Shown: in pieces, positions 63,054-64,000 of the stretch
How the letters are laid out: the number at the start of each line of letters is the position of its first letter
How positions within the stretch are numbered: position 1 is the stretch's first letter
Source of the DNA: Nitrosopumilus sp.
GTDB taxonomy: Archaea > Thermoproteota > Nitrososphaeria > Nitrososphaerales > Nitrosopumilaceae
Direction: 5' to 3'
Length of the DNA stretch: 64,000 nucleotides
NCBI GenBank assembly: GCA_965207445.1
Contig: CBDBLX010000002.1
Coordinates: forward strand, 1,335,849-1,399,848
The notes under the pieces: model-generated
What the model was told of the DNA's origin: nothing
The model's input: only the letters and a program-made list of their open reading frames with translations
Database searches by the model: none
Program-made: the position numbers and the translations under genes

Positions 63054-63393
63054 TAGTATAGTAAAAGATTCCTCCTGTTGGTGCGTTGTGATGTTTTGCC
63101 GTGCATCTGTGGGTTCTCCTGCAAACGCAGTTGATCGGTGTTTATATGAACTTTTTATCTGGATTTGATATTTGAGGTTGAAAAAGTGTAAGTTTTTAGT
63201 ACTTTATTGTGTGACTATGACGGTAGTTTGGAATAGGAATAGTTAGAGTCAGTATCGAAAAGACAAACGAGGGTGGTTCATCTTGAAGAAATTAGATTGT
63301 ACACCAAAAATGATAGTTTGATTTGGCATCAAAACACAAACAGATGTAGAGTGTTTTTATATATGATGTGTAATGTGCAGAATCTGGCAATGA

Positions 63394-64000
63394 TTAGGTA
63401 GAGGCATGTATGGATGCGTTTTGAATGAGTGTTATCCAAGCATCACAACTATCTGCAAGATCAGAGCCTTTTACTGGTATAATGTCAATTCCAATTGCCT
63501 TGGCAGGCGTCATGTTGTTTTTGAGGCTTGTGTGTTTTCTAAAAAAGTTACGATATACTATGATCAGACGTAAGAGTCCCTGGGTCATCTGATTTTAGTC
63601 CACGTACACACTTGAGTCTATCCTCAAATTCTCCGTTGAGTCGTTAGTAGACGTTATTTTGATTAAAAAGGTTCTGTATGTGTATCTCGCGTATGTGTAC
63701 AAACGCCGATCCTGCTCGTCTAAAGAATACTTTTCTGGCAGGCTTTATGAACTCCTGCCGTCCATCACTTACAAGTATGCGTGGTAGCCTACGCGTACGG
63801 ACAACAGCCATTTGAAACAGGTTAGTGGGATCAGATCCCTTTTTGTTCTTGAGAATCGAGGGATAAAACAAATCGGCTTGCACCATCAATCACACCAAAC
63901 AGATATCGAGTCTGTTTGCATATTTTGAATTCTAACTCGTCGACATGCCACTGAAACCATGTATCAAGACACAACAAACTTGAGAACCGTAGCATGATTT
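63394..64000 (-). pseudogene. Fragmented IS6-like (DDE_Tnp_IS240-type) transposase, runs off window end
   Basis: ILVSDG, NQNNVY*RLNGEFEDR, YRNFFRKH.SL...TPA..IGI with stop and frameshift. Confidence 0.72.

Noticed and set aside
1..64000. CRISPR array, rRNA, tRNA
   Set aside because: No regularly spaced repeat-spacer array or cas gene; recurring sequences are dispersed MITEs or coding repeats; no tRNA/rRNA signature recognised by eye

Overview
This is an archaeal window. The gene content (Nre, class III PhaE/PhaC, IPxWxK-repeat secreted protein, SWIM-finger RHH protein) points to Nitrososphaerota/Thaumarchaeota, Nitrosopumilaceae-like. The giant NHL/cadherin/Calx-beta surface proteins, heavy IS/MITE load and microsatellite-inflated genes suggest a host-associated lineage such as a sponge symbiont (inference). 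0-10 kb holds core genes (nre, phaC, phaE with a long basic tail, birA) and an intact IS630. 10.8-40.6 kb holds three giant surface-protein genes interleaved with an IS-rich defence/TA island: two ABC-type ATPases (one paired with a PIN protein, one with a truncated TOPRIM-like partner), a RelE toxin preceded by an apparently inactivated RelE-fold paralog, a YwgA/Panacea-like triad, and a duplicated small-peptide + membrane-protein module. About 42-63 kb is an AT-rich integrated conjugative/plasmid-like element: VirB6-like and PrgI/VirB3-like membrane proteins, a degenerate SNase, a VirD4/TraG-like ATPase fused to a wHTH + PD-(D/E)XK-like domain, a primase-D5 helicase with downstream iteron-like repeats, and a Panacea antitoxin. 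Two dispersed MITE families with target-site duplications are visible. I found no rRNA, tRNA, CRISPR array, integrase or reverse transcriptase. All family calls come from motif recognition by eye, not database searches.
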